From Octopus vulgaris (taxonomy: Eukaryota), in assembly GCA_951406725.2 (NCBI GenBank), contig OX597821.1, positions 86,242,001 to 86,306,000 of the forward strand: a stretch of DNA of 64,000 bases, read 5' to 3'. Below the pieces are notes generated by a model, which saw only the letters and a list, made by a program, of their open reading frames with translations, did not search any database and was not told where the DNA came from. Every line of letters starts with the position of its first letter. The first letter of the stretch is position 1. The translations under genes and the position numbers were made by a program. Shown piece by piece: positions 26,791 through 40,939 of the stretch.

Positions 26791-27911
26791 GGTCTGACGA
26801 TCAAGCAGATCATTATTATGTCGTAATATAATATTTTCGGAGACAACATCAAGAGGTTGGAGTTAGCAACTCAAAAATGGTTGGATCGTTTAGTCAAACA
26901 TTGTTGCCGGTGTTTTAATGGGAACATCCTACTAGCCAAAAAAAGCAGCCAAATATCTCTCAAAATCACACCCTAAAGTCTTAGAAATAGAAGAATACAT
27001 TAGATATTGTAGACCTGGAATCAGAGTATCTGAAAAATTCAAACCTTACAGTTTTGAAAAAAAATGACATATTGAGGTGAGAAATGTAGTCGTAGATGTT
27101 ATATGTGAAAAACATAATCACAACAAACATATCACGGCTGGAGTATTTTTTATCATAGGTAAATCAATAAAAAATAAGCAGGATCAACAACAGCGATAGC
27201 AAATTTTACACTGGGTCAAACCAATAGAAGGGAACCTCTACATGGTATTAAGAATGTAACAAACACCAGTACAATGGCTCTTAAATCACACTACGAGATT
27301 ATAAAAAAGAAAGAACACTTCAAGAGGAGATTATAACTGGATTAAAGTTGTCCTACATGACATGGGATAAAACATGACATGGGATAAAACATGACATGGG
27401 ATAAAACACTGAGAGATATGTTGTTTGTTTGTTCCTTCTCGAGCCATGACTGGCTAATTCGGGCCGATTTCCCGGTTTCCTTGGCGTATAGGTTCCCCAC
27501 CTGGATGGGACGCCGGTCCGTCGCAGATGAGCTGCAAGATGCAGGAGGAAAGAGATATATGAGTTCATAATCAACTAATAATTAATCTAAGACCGTAAAT
27601 TCGTGAGATTTAACGTCTGTGGTGTGTGTGCATGTGTGTATACATATGTACTCATATATGTATTCATGTTTGTATGTGTATATTTATGTATGTATGCGAA
27701 TAAAAATCTTTCATTTACGGTGTCCTAGAGTCATATATTTTTAGGTTCTATAACTGGTTTATTTAAATGATGAAGTTTAGATGAAATAATTATAAAGATA
27801 GTCAACTAAAAGTGATATCAGTTATTTGAAGTAACAATATGAAAAGGAGAAATTAGAAAAAGAGAATTCAAAAATATAAAAATCAATATTTTCGGAAGAA
27901 ATATTACTTAC

Positions 27912-27972
27912 CTTTGTAAAATCGGTTCTATCTGTAGTGTCATAAACACATTCTACTTGTAGGATGTCATCC
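27912..27972 (-). CDS. MOXD1: DBH-like monooxygenase exon 9 (1-nt phase discrepancy)
   Basis: tttcag|G GAT GAC ATC CTA CAA GTA GAA TGT GTT TAT GAC... = DILQVECVYDTTDRTDFTK|gtaagt, matching the GDxLxxECxYxT motif. It is 61 nt between two phase-0 junctions. Confidence 0.8.
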
Positions 27973-28016
27973 CTGAAACAGAAAAAAAACAATAGTAATT
28001 AACAATAGTAATGATG

Positions 28017-28106
<90 letters not shown>

Positions 28107-28109
28107 ATA

Positions 28110-29536
28110 ACAAATGCATTGATGCAGTACTAGGTCGTGACTCTGATGGATTCTGATCTTAACTGATTAGAAGTGTTATCATGTACATTGTTTTGTGGGC
28201 TACAGCAAATATTCTGCTCAATACCACAGATTTGCTTGTCAGTTGTTTGACCTCAACCAGTTGAGCATGTCCCTTGGTGGCTGACGATATGTGCATCTCT
28301 GATCACAAGCAGAAGTAGTTGGGGAGCATCATAGCCGTGTGTTGAAAGGAATTCTTTGGAGTTTGAATAATTCACCTTCAGAAACATGGGTGGTTCGTTC
28401 AACATCCGTAAACAACCCTTATTCAGGGACATTTTGAGCGGGATGGGTTACTCGACCAGAAGGAAATTCTTCATGATCTCTAACAACTATATCTGGTCTG
28501 TTGGCCTTCATTTCTCTGTCTGTGTGTATCGGCATATCCCAGAGTATGGTTGCTTTCTCGTTTTCTGTGACCTTTTCTGGTGTGTGCCTATACCATCTTT
28601 TTTCTGTTGTTATTCCATAATGTTGGCATAGCTTCCAGTGTATGTAGGTTCCAACTCTGTCATGTCTGTGAATATATTCCTTCTTAGCCAGGACTGGACA
28701 GCCAGAGATAATATGATTTATTGTTTCTTGTCCATCTCCACATATTCTGCAGTTACTTGTTATATTTCTTTTCATTACATGTTTTTGGTAATTTCTGGTG
28801 GGGAGGCTTTGGTCTTGTGCTGCAATTAAAAATCCCTCTGTCTCTGCTTTGAGTCCTGAGCTTCTCAACCATTGCTGAGATTTTTCTTTGTCTATTTCTT
28901 TTGCGTTTAGTTTAGTCCAGTATTTACCATGAAGGGGCTTTTCTTGCCATCGTTTTATCATGGTTCGTTACTGTTTTATTTTTAGTTTGGATTTCATTTG
29001 TTTTATAGCTTTTGTTGTTTCTTCATCTTCTTCTCCTTCCTCTTCATATTTATTAGGTGGTATAATTTCTTGTTTGTATTTGTCAGCTTCCTTACATACT
29101 GAGAACAGTTTTTTTGTTTTACTCGTGTTTTGCCGCTATTTGTATCAGTTATCCTTCCTTCTGAAGTAGATATTTTTGCAGTCCTATGGTTGTTATTTTA
29201 TAGTAGTTTTCCAGCTGTATAAGGCCTCTACCACCTTCTATACGTTGTATATATAGTCTTTCTATGTCAGATTTTGGGTGATGCATCCTAGAACCTGTCA
29301 TTATTTTTCTTGTTTTCCTATCTATTTTGGTCAGTTCATTTAGTGTCCAGTTAAGGATATTGTAGCTGTAACTTATAACTGGGACAGCTAAAGTGTTAAT
29401 ACCTATTATCTTGTTTTTAGCATTGAGCTCTGTTTTAGTATTGATCTAACTCGTCTATAATATTCTTTTTTTATTTTCTCTTTCATTTGTGTGTGTTGCG
29501 TCTTATCTAGTTCATGGATTCCTAAGTATTTGTAAG

Positions 29537-29537
<1 letters not shown>
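28110..29537 (-). mobile_element. R4/Dong-like non-LTR element 3' part (RT end, CCHC, RLE nuclease)
   Basis: YKYLGI, LHGKY, CRICG...ETINHIISGC, RHD, ILWD and NRPDIVV motifs. Flanked on both sides by (TAA)n-type arrays. Confidence 0.88.
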
Positions 29538-29779
<242 letters not shown>

Positions 29780-29914
29780 GGCTTACGACATGTTGCCGAA
29801 TTCGTGTGTTTTGGAAACACTTGACACGTGTAGAGTAATTGAAAATGTGTGTGCATTGATTAAGAACAGCGTGTCTAGTTGGAAAACAGGTGTTTTCGTT
29901 ACAACCAGCACTTA

Positions 29915-31500
29915 GCCGAGGTAACAACCAAAAGAGATATCTTCCAGGGAAACTTTTTGTTCCCCTTTGTTATTTGTTATAGCCTTGACCCCCACTTTCT
30001 GTAGTCTTATGCAAAGAATCAACCTCGTCTCAACCGCCTTCTCTTCATGGATAATTTAAAACTGTTCTGAAAAACACAGCCTGAAATAGAGGGGCTGGTT
30101 GAGATTATAGATGTGCAGCAAGGATATAGGGATGGAATTCGGTATTTCGACGTGTGTTGTGCTCACTTTGAAACGGGGCAAAAGAGCAGTTTGTAAGGGC
30201 GTAGCTTAGCCAAGCGGAGAGAGTATTGAGGACCTGGATGATGATGGCTACAATTCACTTGGGATCCTGGAGCTGGACAATATATTGCACAGAGAAATGA
30301 AAGACAAGGTCATCACTGCATATTTGAAGCACCTCAAATTACTCTTAAAATCAAAACTTAACTCAAGGATCCTTGTGACTACCATCAACATATGGGCTGT
30401 TGCTGTAGTCTGTTACAGCGCACCCATCCTGAAATGGACACGAGCCGAGATTGAACAACTCCATCACACTACCCAAAAGACGATAACAATGCATGATACC
30501 CTGTGACCTAACGCGAACGTACACATGTTGCAGTGTAAAGGTGGAGGTGGCCTCATTGGCGTACGAGAGTGCATCAACAAATAAAGAAAAAAAATTATAT
30601 AGTATTTGGTAAATAGCAGACAAGACTTGCTACAAAATGCAGCTAATGCAAAAGGATTTACTAGCAACGAACTTGAGAGTGTTAAGGAATTCCGATCAAG
30701 AATAACTAACCAGAGAGTAGCAATTCTACTCCGCATGGAATTACATGGTTAGCTCCACCGTGAAACTAACAATTTAAAAAACCAGGAAGCATTACGGAGG
30801 TGGCTCAGCAAGGGTGACCTTAAAAAGAATAATGAAAGCCTAAGCATCGCTCCCCAAGAATACCAACCCAGTAAAGAGGGATCTATATCACACAAGTGCA
30901 ACGAACTTCTGCAGAATATGTAGGAAGAAGGTCAAAAGCGTGACTCACGTTGTTAGTGCTTGCGAAAGTCTTGCGCAGAAAGAGTACAAGAACAGACACG
31001 GCAAGGTAGCCCGAAACGAGAAGACAAAGATCCTCTGGGACTTTGACTTCCAGACAGACAAGGTGTTAGTGCACCGAAAGCTGGATATGTTAACCTTTAG
31101 GAGGGACAAACAAGAGTGCCTAACAATCGACGGGACAGTGACTGGATATCAACATATTATCATGAAAGAAAGAGAAAAGATTGTTGAATATTGAGCTCTG
31201 AGAATTGAGATTGCTAAGATGTGGAAGCAACGAGAGTCAAACATAAAGGTTGTCCCGTTATCAATGGAGCATTGGGTTCAATACCAATCAGCCTCAATAT
31301 ATGGAATCTTTAGAAATGCCCTACAATCTAGGTGTATTGCATAAGTCGGCTTTACTTGGAACTGCGTCCGTATTGTGTAAAGTAATGTCAGTCTAAGATC
31401 CTTATTTTCACTTCACAGACAGTACAAACACCCGGTAGGCACAATATGCTCAGTCGACATCACGATACTGGATATCGTACGACATCTTCAATAATAATAA
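29915..31500 (+). mobile_element. R4/Dong-like element fragment
   Basis: IFQG, LFMDNLKL, THVVSAC, KILWDF motifs; ends in (AAT)n. Confidence 0.8.
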
Positions 31501-32149
31501 TAATGCTGGATGTAGAGTTATGAAGTGTCAAAAAGAACGAACTGATGTGTATGGATACGAAGACATAGAAGTCACTGACATTGATCAGAATATTCCATTC
31601 CTAGAATGACAATGCTCAATTGTACTAGTCCAGGAGAAGAGATGAAAGAGGTTTGATCACTTGTCAGAACTGTGTACCTTCGAAGACCTGAACTGTCGAC
31701 ACACCTTACCTCGGTGGTGCGTCGGCATGCCCAGAGAGCATATCAAATTGGTAGACATAGTCGAATTGTTGGTTTAATCATGATGTTCTGGTCATCTGAG
31801 GAACTAGCTTTATTTATTTGCATTGATTTGTGAATATACAATTGTATTGTATAAAGCATAACATGTATATTGATGCAGCCATAGAAACATAATTTATTAT
31901 ACATTGAAATTATTGTTACACGAAGAAGGCCGTAATCCTAAGAATTAAAAGTGTTCAAGTAAATATACGCACTCTTCATATCTCTTGGCAATTTTATAGT
32001 TTGTATACTCCTCATTAAATAATTTCATCGATCGGATCTTCATGATTTCAGTTGTATCAAACTCTCCATTATATTCCTCTGCATTGGATTACTATGAGGT
32101 CTGTTGGCCACAATATTCTATGAATCTATACATCACACTACTAGAAATT

Positions 32150-32184
<35 letters not shown>

Positions 32185-32187
<3 letters not shown>

Positions 32188-33520
32188 AAATGTGGAAGGC
32201 CCAACTGCGGAATCTGTGTCATCTTGAAAGAAGGATCAGAATTTATACTGGAACAAGGCCACCAGTTCACCATTAGAACAAACTTCACCTGCGCATCAGA
32301 AAACTTAATTTACGTGATAACATGCGCAGGCTGCAATAGGCAGTATATAGGCCATACAAAAAATAGCTTACGTAACAGGATGGCGGTGCATAAATCACAA
32401 ATTAGAAACCCTGATTACCGCAAAATACCGGTCAGCGGACACATAGATAGATGTGCTGGAAATGTAAATCCGAAATTTACAACTAACCCGCTCTATAAAT
32501 TCAGTGACAACGCAACCTTCACACAACGCCAAAATAAAGAACTATATTTCATAAAAAAATTTAGACCAAGTTTAAACACCCTGGGCCAAGAATACTAAAA
32601 CAAAAGATAAGTCCTCCGAAAAGGAGAAGCAAAATTCCACCACGGCCGCTACTTTAAACAGACACTCGCTCTGACGGAAATATGCCGTAGTAAGAAAGGA
32701 AAAAAATTCTTTCGTGCAAATCTGACCCTGATACATACGATACAGCTAAGGGTCAGACCCGATTCTGATTGGTCAACAAGTTGATGACGTCTAGCTCTGC
32801 TAGAATGGACAGGATACAAACAGGGGACAGTCATTAGTCAGAATATTGATGACGTCCTTTTCTGCTTGACTAGGCACCTAACAAGTACAGACAGGGGGCA
32901 GATCTAATGTAGCTATAAGTCGTGATTGGGCAGAATCTGGATGACGTCCCGTTATGCTTGACTAACGAAGCGACTGGTCAAAACAGGAAACAAACAAGAG
33001 GCAGTTATAATGCAGCGATTGGTCAAAATAATGATGACGTCCCGTTCTGCTTGACTAAAGCCACCTAACGAAACGATTGGTCAAAACGTTGATGACGTCA
33101 CGCTACGCTGGATTGACCACCTAACAGGCATTATAAAACCGAGCACTTCACAAAACCCACTAGAACCACCCAGCGAACATCCACCATGGGTCATCACAAT
33201 TACTTAAGGTAAAAATGAATTCCTCGCTCTTTCGGAAACATCAATCTTCTGTATTGACCGCTTTCCACTACTTTGATCTGTTTTTTGTATTGAATACGTA
33301 TCGCCACCGTGGGCCACTGCATCGAACACTTTGAACATATACTTCAAACTATATATCAACTATACATGAACTATATATCAACTATACATGAACTCTAAGA
33401 TGTCTGACTCCGTTGTGTATTATAAATGAATTTCTTGTGTTTGACGGCATGAGCTGTCTTTTTTTATATATAACTTTTTTTGATAAGGTTCATTTCAGGA
33501 ACTGAAACATGTTATAATGT
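32185..33520 (+). mobile_element. Penelope-like element 3' end (GIY-YIG endonuclease + terminal region)
   Basis: CGRPNCGIC...NLIYVITCAGCNRQYIGHT..LRNRMAVH...ELYFIKKFRPSLN, followed by tandem repeats and a degenerate hammerhead. Confidence 0.85.
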
Positions 33521-33833
33521 ATATATAAAAATTAAAAATTGTATAATACAACAGCATTTTCGAACTTCATTTTTTACAAATATATATATACATATATACA
33601 TATATATATACACATCATACATGCATATATATATACACATACATACATATATACTCATACACACGTTTGTATACTTCATATATACATGTACGCACATATA
33701 CACGGTGATGTCTACACATGCCTTCAGAAGTGAGTGTTTGATTTGTGTTTACTTGTTATTGCACGTGTGTGTTGCGAATGCACTTTTGTATGCGCGTGCG
33801 CAAGTGTTTTCAGGGTATATTCATATATCTTAC

Positions 33834-34037
33834 CTGTAAAAGTGTAGTCTCATTCTTCATGTACCTCAGTTCTTGGTAATTGAAATCGTAATTTTCATCA
33901 TACATAATATCAGGAAGCTTCTTACCATCACGATAATGATGAAGCCTTATCTTTCTCCCTGCCAGGTGTGCATGAAGTAGAACAGCAAACATTTTAACTC
34001 CGTCCTCATTCCATTGGTTATTTCTTTCAGGTTTAAT
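33834..34037 (-). CDS. MOXD1: DBH-like monooxygenase exon 8 (CuM HxH)
   Basis: ctaaag|IKPE...FAVLLHAHLAGRKIRL...YDFNYQE...TLLQ|gtaaga. 204 nt, phase 0/0. Confidence 0.92.
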
Positions 34038-34752
34038 CTTTAGGGGAAAATGAAATAACAATGTCTTAAGTAATTGCTTCTAACACGGGTACGGGAGCAT
34101 ATGTAGGTTGGTATGTGGGCTATGTCTACGAAAATTACCCCGGCAATTTTCTGTCAATCTTGTTGGAAAAATTTTAGTGTTTGGCCCTTTAAGAAAGCCA
34201 TATATTTAGATGTCGTGTGGTCATTCTAATTGACCACTAAACTTGACTGGTATTTGTTTTATCTATTCTAGAGTGTGAATGGAACAGATGTATAAGCTTC
34301 ACAGTAGAGTTACGCTGGTAATTCATGCATTTTTATAAAACCATACTTATGTAAATGTAGAGTTTATTGATTAAAAATATACTAATATCAACCTAAAAAC
34401 TACTGGAAGGCAAATTATATATAGAGGTGTATATGTTCGTAAGATAAAGGAACGTAAATAAACTAAAAGGGTTTTTATTTCGGCTCTCTACTGGTTCAAT
34501 CAATCCAGCATATGAATAAATATCAATACATTATCAAGTCGTTCATCATCCTTATATATTATCACTAGTAATATAATTTAGAGAAAACAAGAGTTTGGCA
34601 TCAAAAATCGGAGATTAATACTGAAGGTGTGTTTCTTACACAGTTTCAATATATTTATTTCACAATTTCATTGAATTCATTCATTGTGAAAACGGTGTAG
34701 TTAGAAAACTTATTTTACGAGACTTTATAAAGATCAAAATTAAAACACTTAC

Positions 34753-34919
34753 CATAGACCCACACGCCTCACAGTGTCCGTAATATTTGAATTCTTTGGC
34801 ATAAGGTGGAATTACTTGCATAGGTTGAGGTACAACATATCCCACTGATAACATTCCAACATTGTATTGACGTTTAGATTTAGTAAGAGTTATGTCTATT
34901 CCGGAGGAATCGAGCACGC
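34753..34919 (-). CDS. MOXD1: DBH-like monooxygenase exon 7
   Basis: ttgtag|(G)VLDSSGIDITLT...QVIPP...GHCEACGSM|gtaagt. DSSG and IPP motifs, 167 nt, phase 1/0. Confidence 0.92.
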
Positions 34920-35240
34920 CTACAATATGGAGAAAAGCAAATTGAAATATCTTAATTGCAAAGATTAAAAATAAAAGGAAAATGAGAGGATAAAATAGAG
35001 AGTTAATCAAGTCGAAAAAAATGTTAAACTGGAGAGTTAGTCAAATAGAAAAGAATGCCAAACATGAGAGTACGTCGAAGAGGAAAATAGAATAAACAAA
35101 TCAGTATGTGAAAGAGAAGAGTATGTCAAAGAGTATGTCAAAGTATGTCAAAGAGTATGTCAAAGAGAAGAGTATGTCAAACAATCTAATCATGTAGGAC
35201 ACACAAATATTTCAAATACAGGGAACAAATGTGAACCTAC

Positions 35241-35343
35241 CTTCCTTCTCTTGTGGATTATCGTAATGCATTTCCAATAAATAGTATACAGGATCATCTT
35301 TACCTCCAAAAGACATTCCAGTATGTTTAGGGAGAACGAATTT
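35241..35343 (-). CDS. MOXD1: DBH-like monooxygenase exon 6 (third CuH His)
   Basis: tcctag|KFVLPKHTGMSFGGKDDPVYYLLEMHYDNPQEKE-G|gtaggt. HYDNP motif, 103 nt, ends phase 1. Confidence 0.92.
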
Positions 35344-35440
35344 CTAGGAGAAGCAAACGTATATGTATGTAGTTATTTATGTATGTATGTATGTATGTAT
35401 GTATGTATGTATGTATGTATGTATGTATGTATGTATCTAC

Positions 35441-35510
<70 letters not shown>

Positions 35511-35699
35511 GTCGGTCTATCTATTTGTCTATCTATCTGTCTATCGATCAATCGAACGATCAATATGGTGAGCAAATGTGTACGTACGTCGCTCTATGTA
35601 TATGTAATTCCAAAAATTGGACCAAGAACACAACAGACGACAACAAAACATACGGACATATATTCGATACTAAGACGGACAGGAAAGTACTTACCCCGA

Positions 35700-38135
35700 T
35701 TAGGTAAGTTGGTGATCCTGGATGTGAGCAAGAGCGAAGCTGGTGCCTGTAGACTGGTGGCCATCTATGCCCCTACCGGAGCCAAACAGCCGGATTTCTA
35801 TAGGCGTCTGGAAGCCTTTCTAGGTATATGTCGCCCTTTATTGCTAGTGGGGGACTGGAATGGCCTCTTAGACGTACGCTGGGATTGTGTGGTAGTAGCT
35901 GATAGAAACGGGGTGGGTACAAAAGCCTAACGCACCTGATCAGCCAGTTCCAACTATCTGATAGGTACCAACGAGATTTCCTTAATGCGCAAGTGTGGAC
36001 CTGTACCAAATGCATAGGGTCATCTAGATCGTACATAGAGAAGATTTTCACTTGGAAAATAGATAGCAATAGTGTAGGCTGTCCACTTTTTAAAACGGCT
36101 GATTATTTATATCACAAGTTTGTAGTCTTTACGGACGACCTAGATAAGAGGCGTTGGTTAGGGTCTAGTTCCTGGAAGCTGAATATTTCCTTCTGGCACG
36201 TAAGGCTTACAGGGACCAGGTCAACAATTTAGTTTAGCGAAAGTTGTCAGGGGATGTCGTCAACAACAGGTGGTGGTGGGGAAGTCTCGAAAGAGGGGTG
36301 AGGATGATTTCGATAGGGTTTAGCAAAGAAGTAATGTTAGAAAAAATAGAAAGGAGGAGGAGGTGGTAGCTAAGTTCGACGAGGCTATTTGTAGTGGCCT
36401 TGCAACCGACGTGCTACCAGCGAGAATGGCATTAGATCATTTCTTCAATGGTTACATTGTCAGAGTTAAGGCACGTGCTAGAGAAACGAGGGAACCAAAG
36501 CTGTTCAATGGGCCCGCGTGGAGGGGGAGCAGCGTGGTAACAAAACCACAAGAAGGTCTTTGACGGACCAAGACAGACACAAGTTGAGCGATGCTAGGCA
36601 GATGTGTGAGGCCTTTTGCCAGCACTTTTCTCGGTTGTTCAGAGTGACGGGTAGGTCAGAGATGGTGGTCGACTTCAGTGCCTACCTCGACGGCTTGCCG
36701 TACCTCTCGGCGGCCGACGCTGAGCACTTCGAAAGACCGATAACTTCAGCCGAAATTCAGGATGCCCTTGTCGGCTCCATGAGGCGCAAGTTACTCAGTT
36801 TTGAAGGTCTGCCCTACGAGCTTTACGTAAATATGCCAGACTTATTCTCCGATCTCGAAGCGCTCTATTGCAAATCGCAGCAGAACGGGAGATCTGTGAC
36901 GCTGATATGGAAAGACGAAAACAAGAGGGATGCACTTCAGGTCCATAACTGTTTAACAGAGTTTAAGATTTTGGTCAAGGTGTTAGCGAAGAGGTTGGCG
37001 CTTGTCAACGAGGATTTGGTTGGGGAGGCACACAAACTTGCGCAATCCTAACCAGGTCCATACACGACAACCTCCACCTTATTCGATACATCATAGAAAG
37101 GGTAGGGTGTAAACCTGGATTCGGTAGGGCTCTCATCAATCGAAAACATTCGACAGGGTCGACCATACGGTACCTGGAGGTTGTCATCAATGCAACTAGC
37201 TTCCGCCCCGTCTTCAGCAACTGTCTTCGGTCCCGTCTTCAGAAGCTAAATCGCTGCAATGCACAGCGACATCTCGGTGGTCAAAGTTAACGGCCACCTC
37301 TTGGAACCGTTTCAAATTACCAGATCAGTCCATCAAGGGATCCTTCTCTTCTCCCTTCTGTACTTATTGACTCTTGAGCCTTTACTGCGGAAGCTGGAGC
37401 TGCTGCAGGGCATCCTACTCAAACCGGGATGTGGAAGGGCTGTGTCGGATTATGCAGACGACATCATCGTGATACTGTAGGATACTTTAGAAATCGAGTT
37501 GGTGGGCATATTATTGGAAGAATATGAAAAGTTGACGGTGGAAAATTTTAACCCGGATAAGTCGGTGGGCTGAAGAGGCAAGTCCATGTTGTCCTACAGC
37601 GTCGTTGGGCGCTGGACGAATGAACCAGAAAAGTTGTTCGGGGTTTGGTTCGGACCAGCTCTCCAGATGGTGATGAGCAGGGTAGCCAGTGTCACTGGAA
37701 ATAGGCTGCGAGGAAGCTGTCACTGAAAGGTCAGGTGGCGGGGGAGATTGCATATATAGCGTCTGTCATCTACAACCGCCTGACTGTTGTGCCTTGCCTC
37801 CGTTCGCGCCTCACCAAGCTGGAGTGCGTCCTCTTCAAATTCTTGTAGAGGGGACAGGTTCCGTTGGGGAGGCTGTCCATCTGCTGCTTGCACCTTCTAC
37901 GCGGAGGGCTGGACATGCCGTAGCTAATGATGCGTAGACATGCGCTGAGGCTGCGGCATCTCCAGATATTCTGCTTAAACGGTGAAGAGGTGTGGTCGCC
38001 GTTTGTCAAACGGGCCTTTCCGCAGCTCATCTTGACTGAGCTACAGTCCTGGGCCAAGAAGAGACCCAGACAGGGTAACTGACATCTGGAATGCTGCCAG
38101 GCACTCACTGCCCTCTATCAGGCGGGCAATATCAG
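35700..38135 (+). mobile_element. L1/Tx1-like LINE fragment
   Basis: LVAIYAP, LVGDWNG, GLPYELY and YADDI motifs, with frameshifts. Confidence 0.88.
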
Positions 38136-38139
38136 TCTT

Positions 38140-39260
38140 TAAATTTTTTATTTTATAACTGGTGAAAGAAAAAGACAGAAAAAAGACGGAAAAATGGGGG
38201 AAAGAAAAAATATAACGAAAAAGAATAGTTAATCAAACAGTTGTGTGTAAATTCTATGATTTTCTCCTGTCATTTTATTAATTCCTCCAGGGTCTGATGT
38301 TAATAACCTGCAAACATATTTCTCCTCATGCATTTTGAGAAGTGAAAGTGAAGCAGATTCAGAATATTTTCTGAGAATCTGCACTTTCAAGTCTTTTTCA
38401 AAATTGCAGCCGTTTGAAGCAAAATTTTAAGCAAGTTCTGTCGAACTATTGTTATTGTGCCTGACGTAATATCTGTGTCCATTAAATGTTTTGTTTAATT
38501 ATTCTGTTGTAAAACCAATATAAATCAAGTTGTGTTTCGTGCATTCTGCTGCGAACACCAAATAGGAATCCTTACATGACCCACCTTCTGTATAAATCAT
38601 AACATTTCTGTTATGAATACTGATGGAATTCACTTGACACATGTTGCATGTCTCTGAGTTTTTTTTAATAAAGAGTTGGGCCTGCTCGATGATTAGTATT
38701 TAACAGCTACGGTATTATAACTGTAATAATGTAGCATAATAATTTGCTCTAAAATAGGGCTTACTTCTCTTGCAGCTGTTTTTCAAGGTACAGCGTGCAG
38801 ATACTCCAGTGTTAGTTATCATGGAGCCAGAAATAGAGATCAATAATTCTCTTATATTCTTATTCCATCTGAAGGCTACAATAGGTGGGTGAGGAAATAT
38901 CTGTTTCAAACGAAGATATTTTCCGCCATATGCTGGTAACTTCCATGCAACACTTTCGGAATGTCAGCGAAATTTCGGTGCTAGTTAATCACTAAAGGAA
39001 TTCTGTCACATATTGTATTGTGCTTGCTAAAATTATGCGTGAGAATTTGACTATCCTTGTTAATCTTAGCTATTTCGTTTGCTATTTCTTTTATTAACGT
39101 CACTCCCTGGAGGATTGAATAAAATGATAGGAGAATATCATCAAATTCACACGAAACTGTTTCATTAAATATTCTGCTTCTTTTTTCCTTTTTTCTTCCT
39201 TTTCTCTGTCTTTCTCTATTCGCCTGTTATAAAATTGAAACTTAAAGATGATGTCATTCC
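38140..39260 (-). mobile_element. Penelope-like remnant
   Basis: KQIFPHPPIVAFRWNKNIRELL and a decayed YIG-like segment. Confidence 0.55.
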
Positions 39261-39519
39261 ATCAACGTGTGGACGCTGGTTGCTCTCGTTCATACTTTAG
39301 ATTTGAATTTCTATAATTTTCATGTGATCCTCATTACTTGTCGGGCTCTGTTCTATCTGTTTATCCTTTCCTACAGCTGTTTTTTTATAGCCTGAGGAGA
39401 CGCTTACGCTGATTCATAATTAACGACTTTGTGATGTTTACTTCTATGTTTGTTATTTCGTCTCCGTCCTCGGTTATAGCCGGTCTGTTCTGGTGTGTGT
39501 TATTTTACCTGTTGTTGTT

Positions 39520-40345
39520 TTTGTGTTTCTATGGTTGAAGGAAGATTGGAAGCGACGAGAGATGATGTCACGTCAGCGAGTGGGAAGAAAAGCTTTTCCC
39601 TGCGTTTGGTTTTTTCCTGGGGATGCGAGTAGTGACAGACTCCAATCGTAAACAGAGAGAGGTTGTGTGAACACGGGTGAAGAATTGATCAATCTGCCGG
39701 CGGTATCTGATTGCAAGTCGAGGTAAAAGCAAGTTTATTTACGTGCTTTCAAACTACAAGCTATTTCAGCATGTTGTTACCAGTGGTGAGGATACGTGCG
39801 AGAATTAGATTTTTAAATAAATTTTGTTGTTCTTGTTCTTCGTTTGCAATGGCCACAAAAAATCAGAATCAGAAATGATGTGTTGAGACCGTTCACCGGG
39901 AAGGTGATGTGGTAGCCTAGATAAAGAAGGTGTGATTTGTGGCGAAGCTGCAGCCAAATAAAAGATGTGGCAAACCTTGTGCCGTTGTATTTAGAGGGTA
40001 ATGCACTGAATCTCTACCTGGAGAGGGATGACCAAGGGAAAGCGGAAAAATACTGAAGGGCGGCTGAAGGACGCGTGCACCGATGGAAGTTTTAAAGCCT
40101 ATAGCAAGCTCGGGACGAACCAGTGAGCAGATAGATAATTACGTGAGCGAGATTAGGAGAGCGAGATTAGCAGGGTTTACTGGAGCAGCGATGGAGTGGA
40201 TGTTGAAGCTGGCGTTCGTGACCGGTTTCCCTGAACATATCTTTGTACGTCTGCTGCAGATGCCAGACATCGAAACGATGTCGGTAGGAGAGGTGATTGA
40301 TAAGTCGCGTGTGTAATACTGTACACTTCGAATAACATAACCACT
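39520..40345 (+). mobile_element. LTR retrotransposon remnant (gag-like)
   Basis: Decayed ORF (LVPLYLEGNAL...LAFVTGFPE) behind a GC-richer LTR-like segment. Weak. Confidence 0.45.
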
Positions 40346-40467
40346 ATGCGTTTTCTTCCTGATTTTATAGTATAGTAAGGTTTTTATAGTATATGTTCTC
40401 TATGTGGTGTGAATAACATCTTTCATTATTGAATTGTTTAAGAGAGGTTTTTCTCTAAATTATAAAC

Positions 40468-40534
<67 letters not shown>

Positions 40535-40939
40535 TGTTATTATTCTTTAGTATAAGTAAAAAATCGTTATCATTTATCACTTACCAAAAATACAAAGCCA
40601 ACTTTTCATTTTACTCTCTCTCTCTTTCTCTCTCTCTTCTCTCTCTCTTTCTTTCTCTCTCTCTCTCCCTCTTTCTCTCTCTCTTCTCTCTCTCTTTCTT
40701 TCTCTCTCTCTCTCTCCCTCTCTCTCTCTCTCTATATATATATATCAATCTTTCTCTCGCATTCTTTCTCTCTATTTATCAGTCTATTATTTGTCTTTTT
40801 ATGTGTATGTCTATCTGTCTATGTGTGTGTGTTTGTCAGTCTGTCTATCTAGAATTCATATGCAGATATACACACATACACATCACAAAGACACATTCAC
40901 ACACTCGTGAATGTGTAAATTTGCTATAAAACATCTGAA

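Noticed and set aside
32760-33120. Repeat-spacer pattern resembling a CRISPR array
   Set aside because: Eukaryotic context, degenerate repeats, related spacers, no cas genes.
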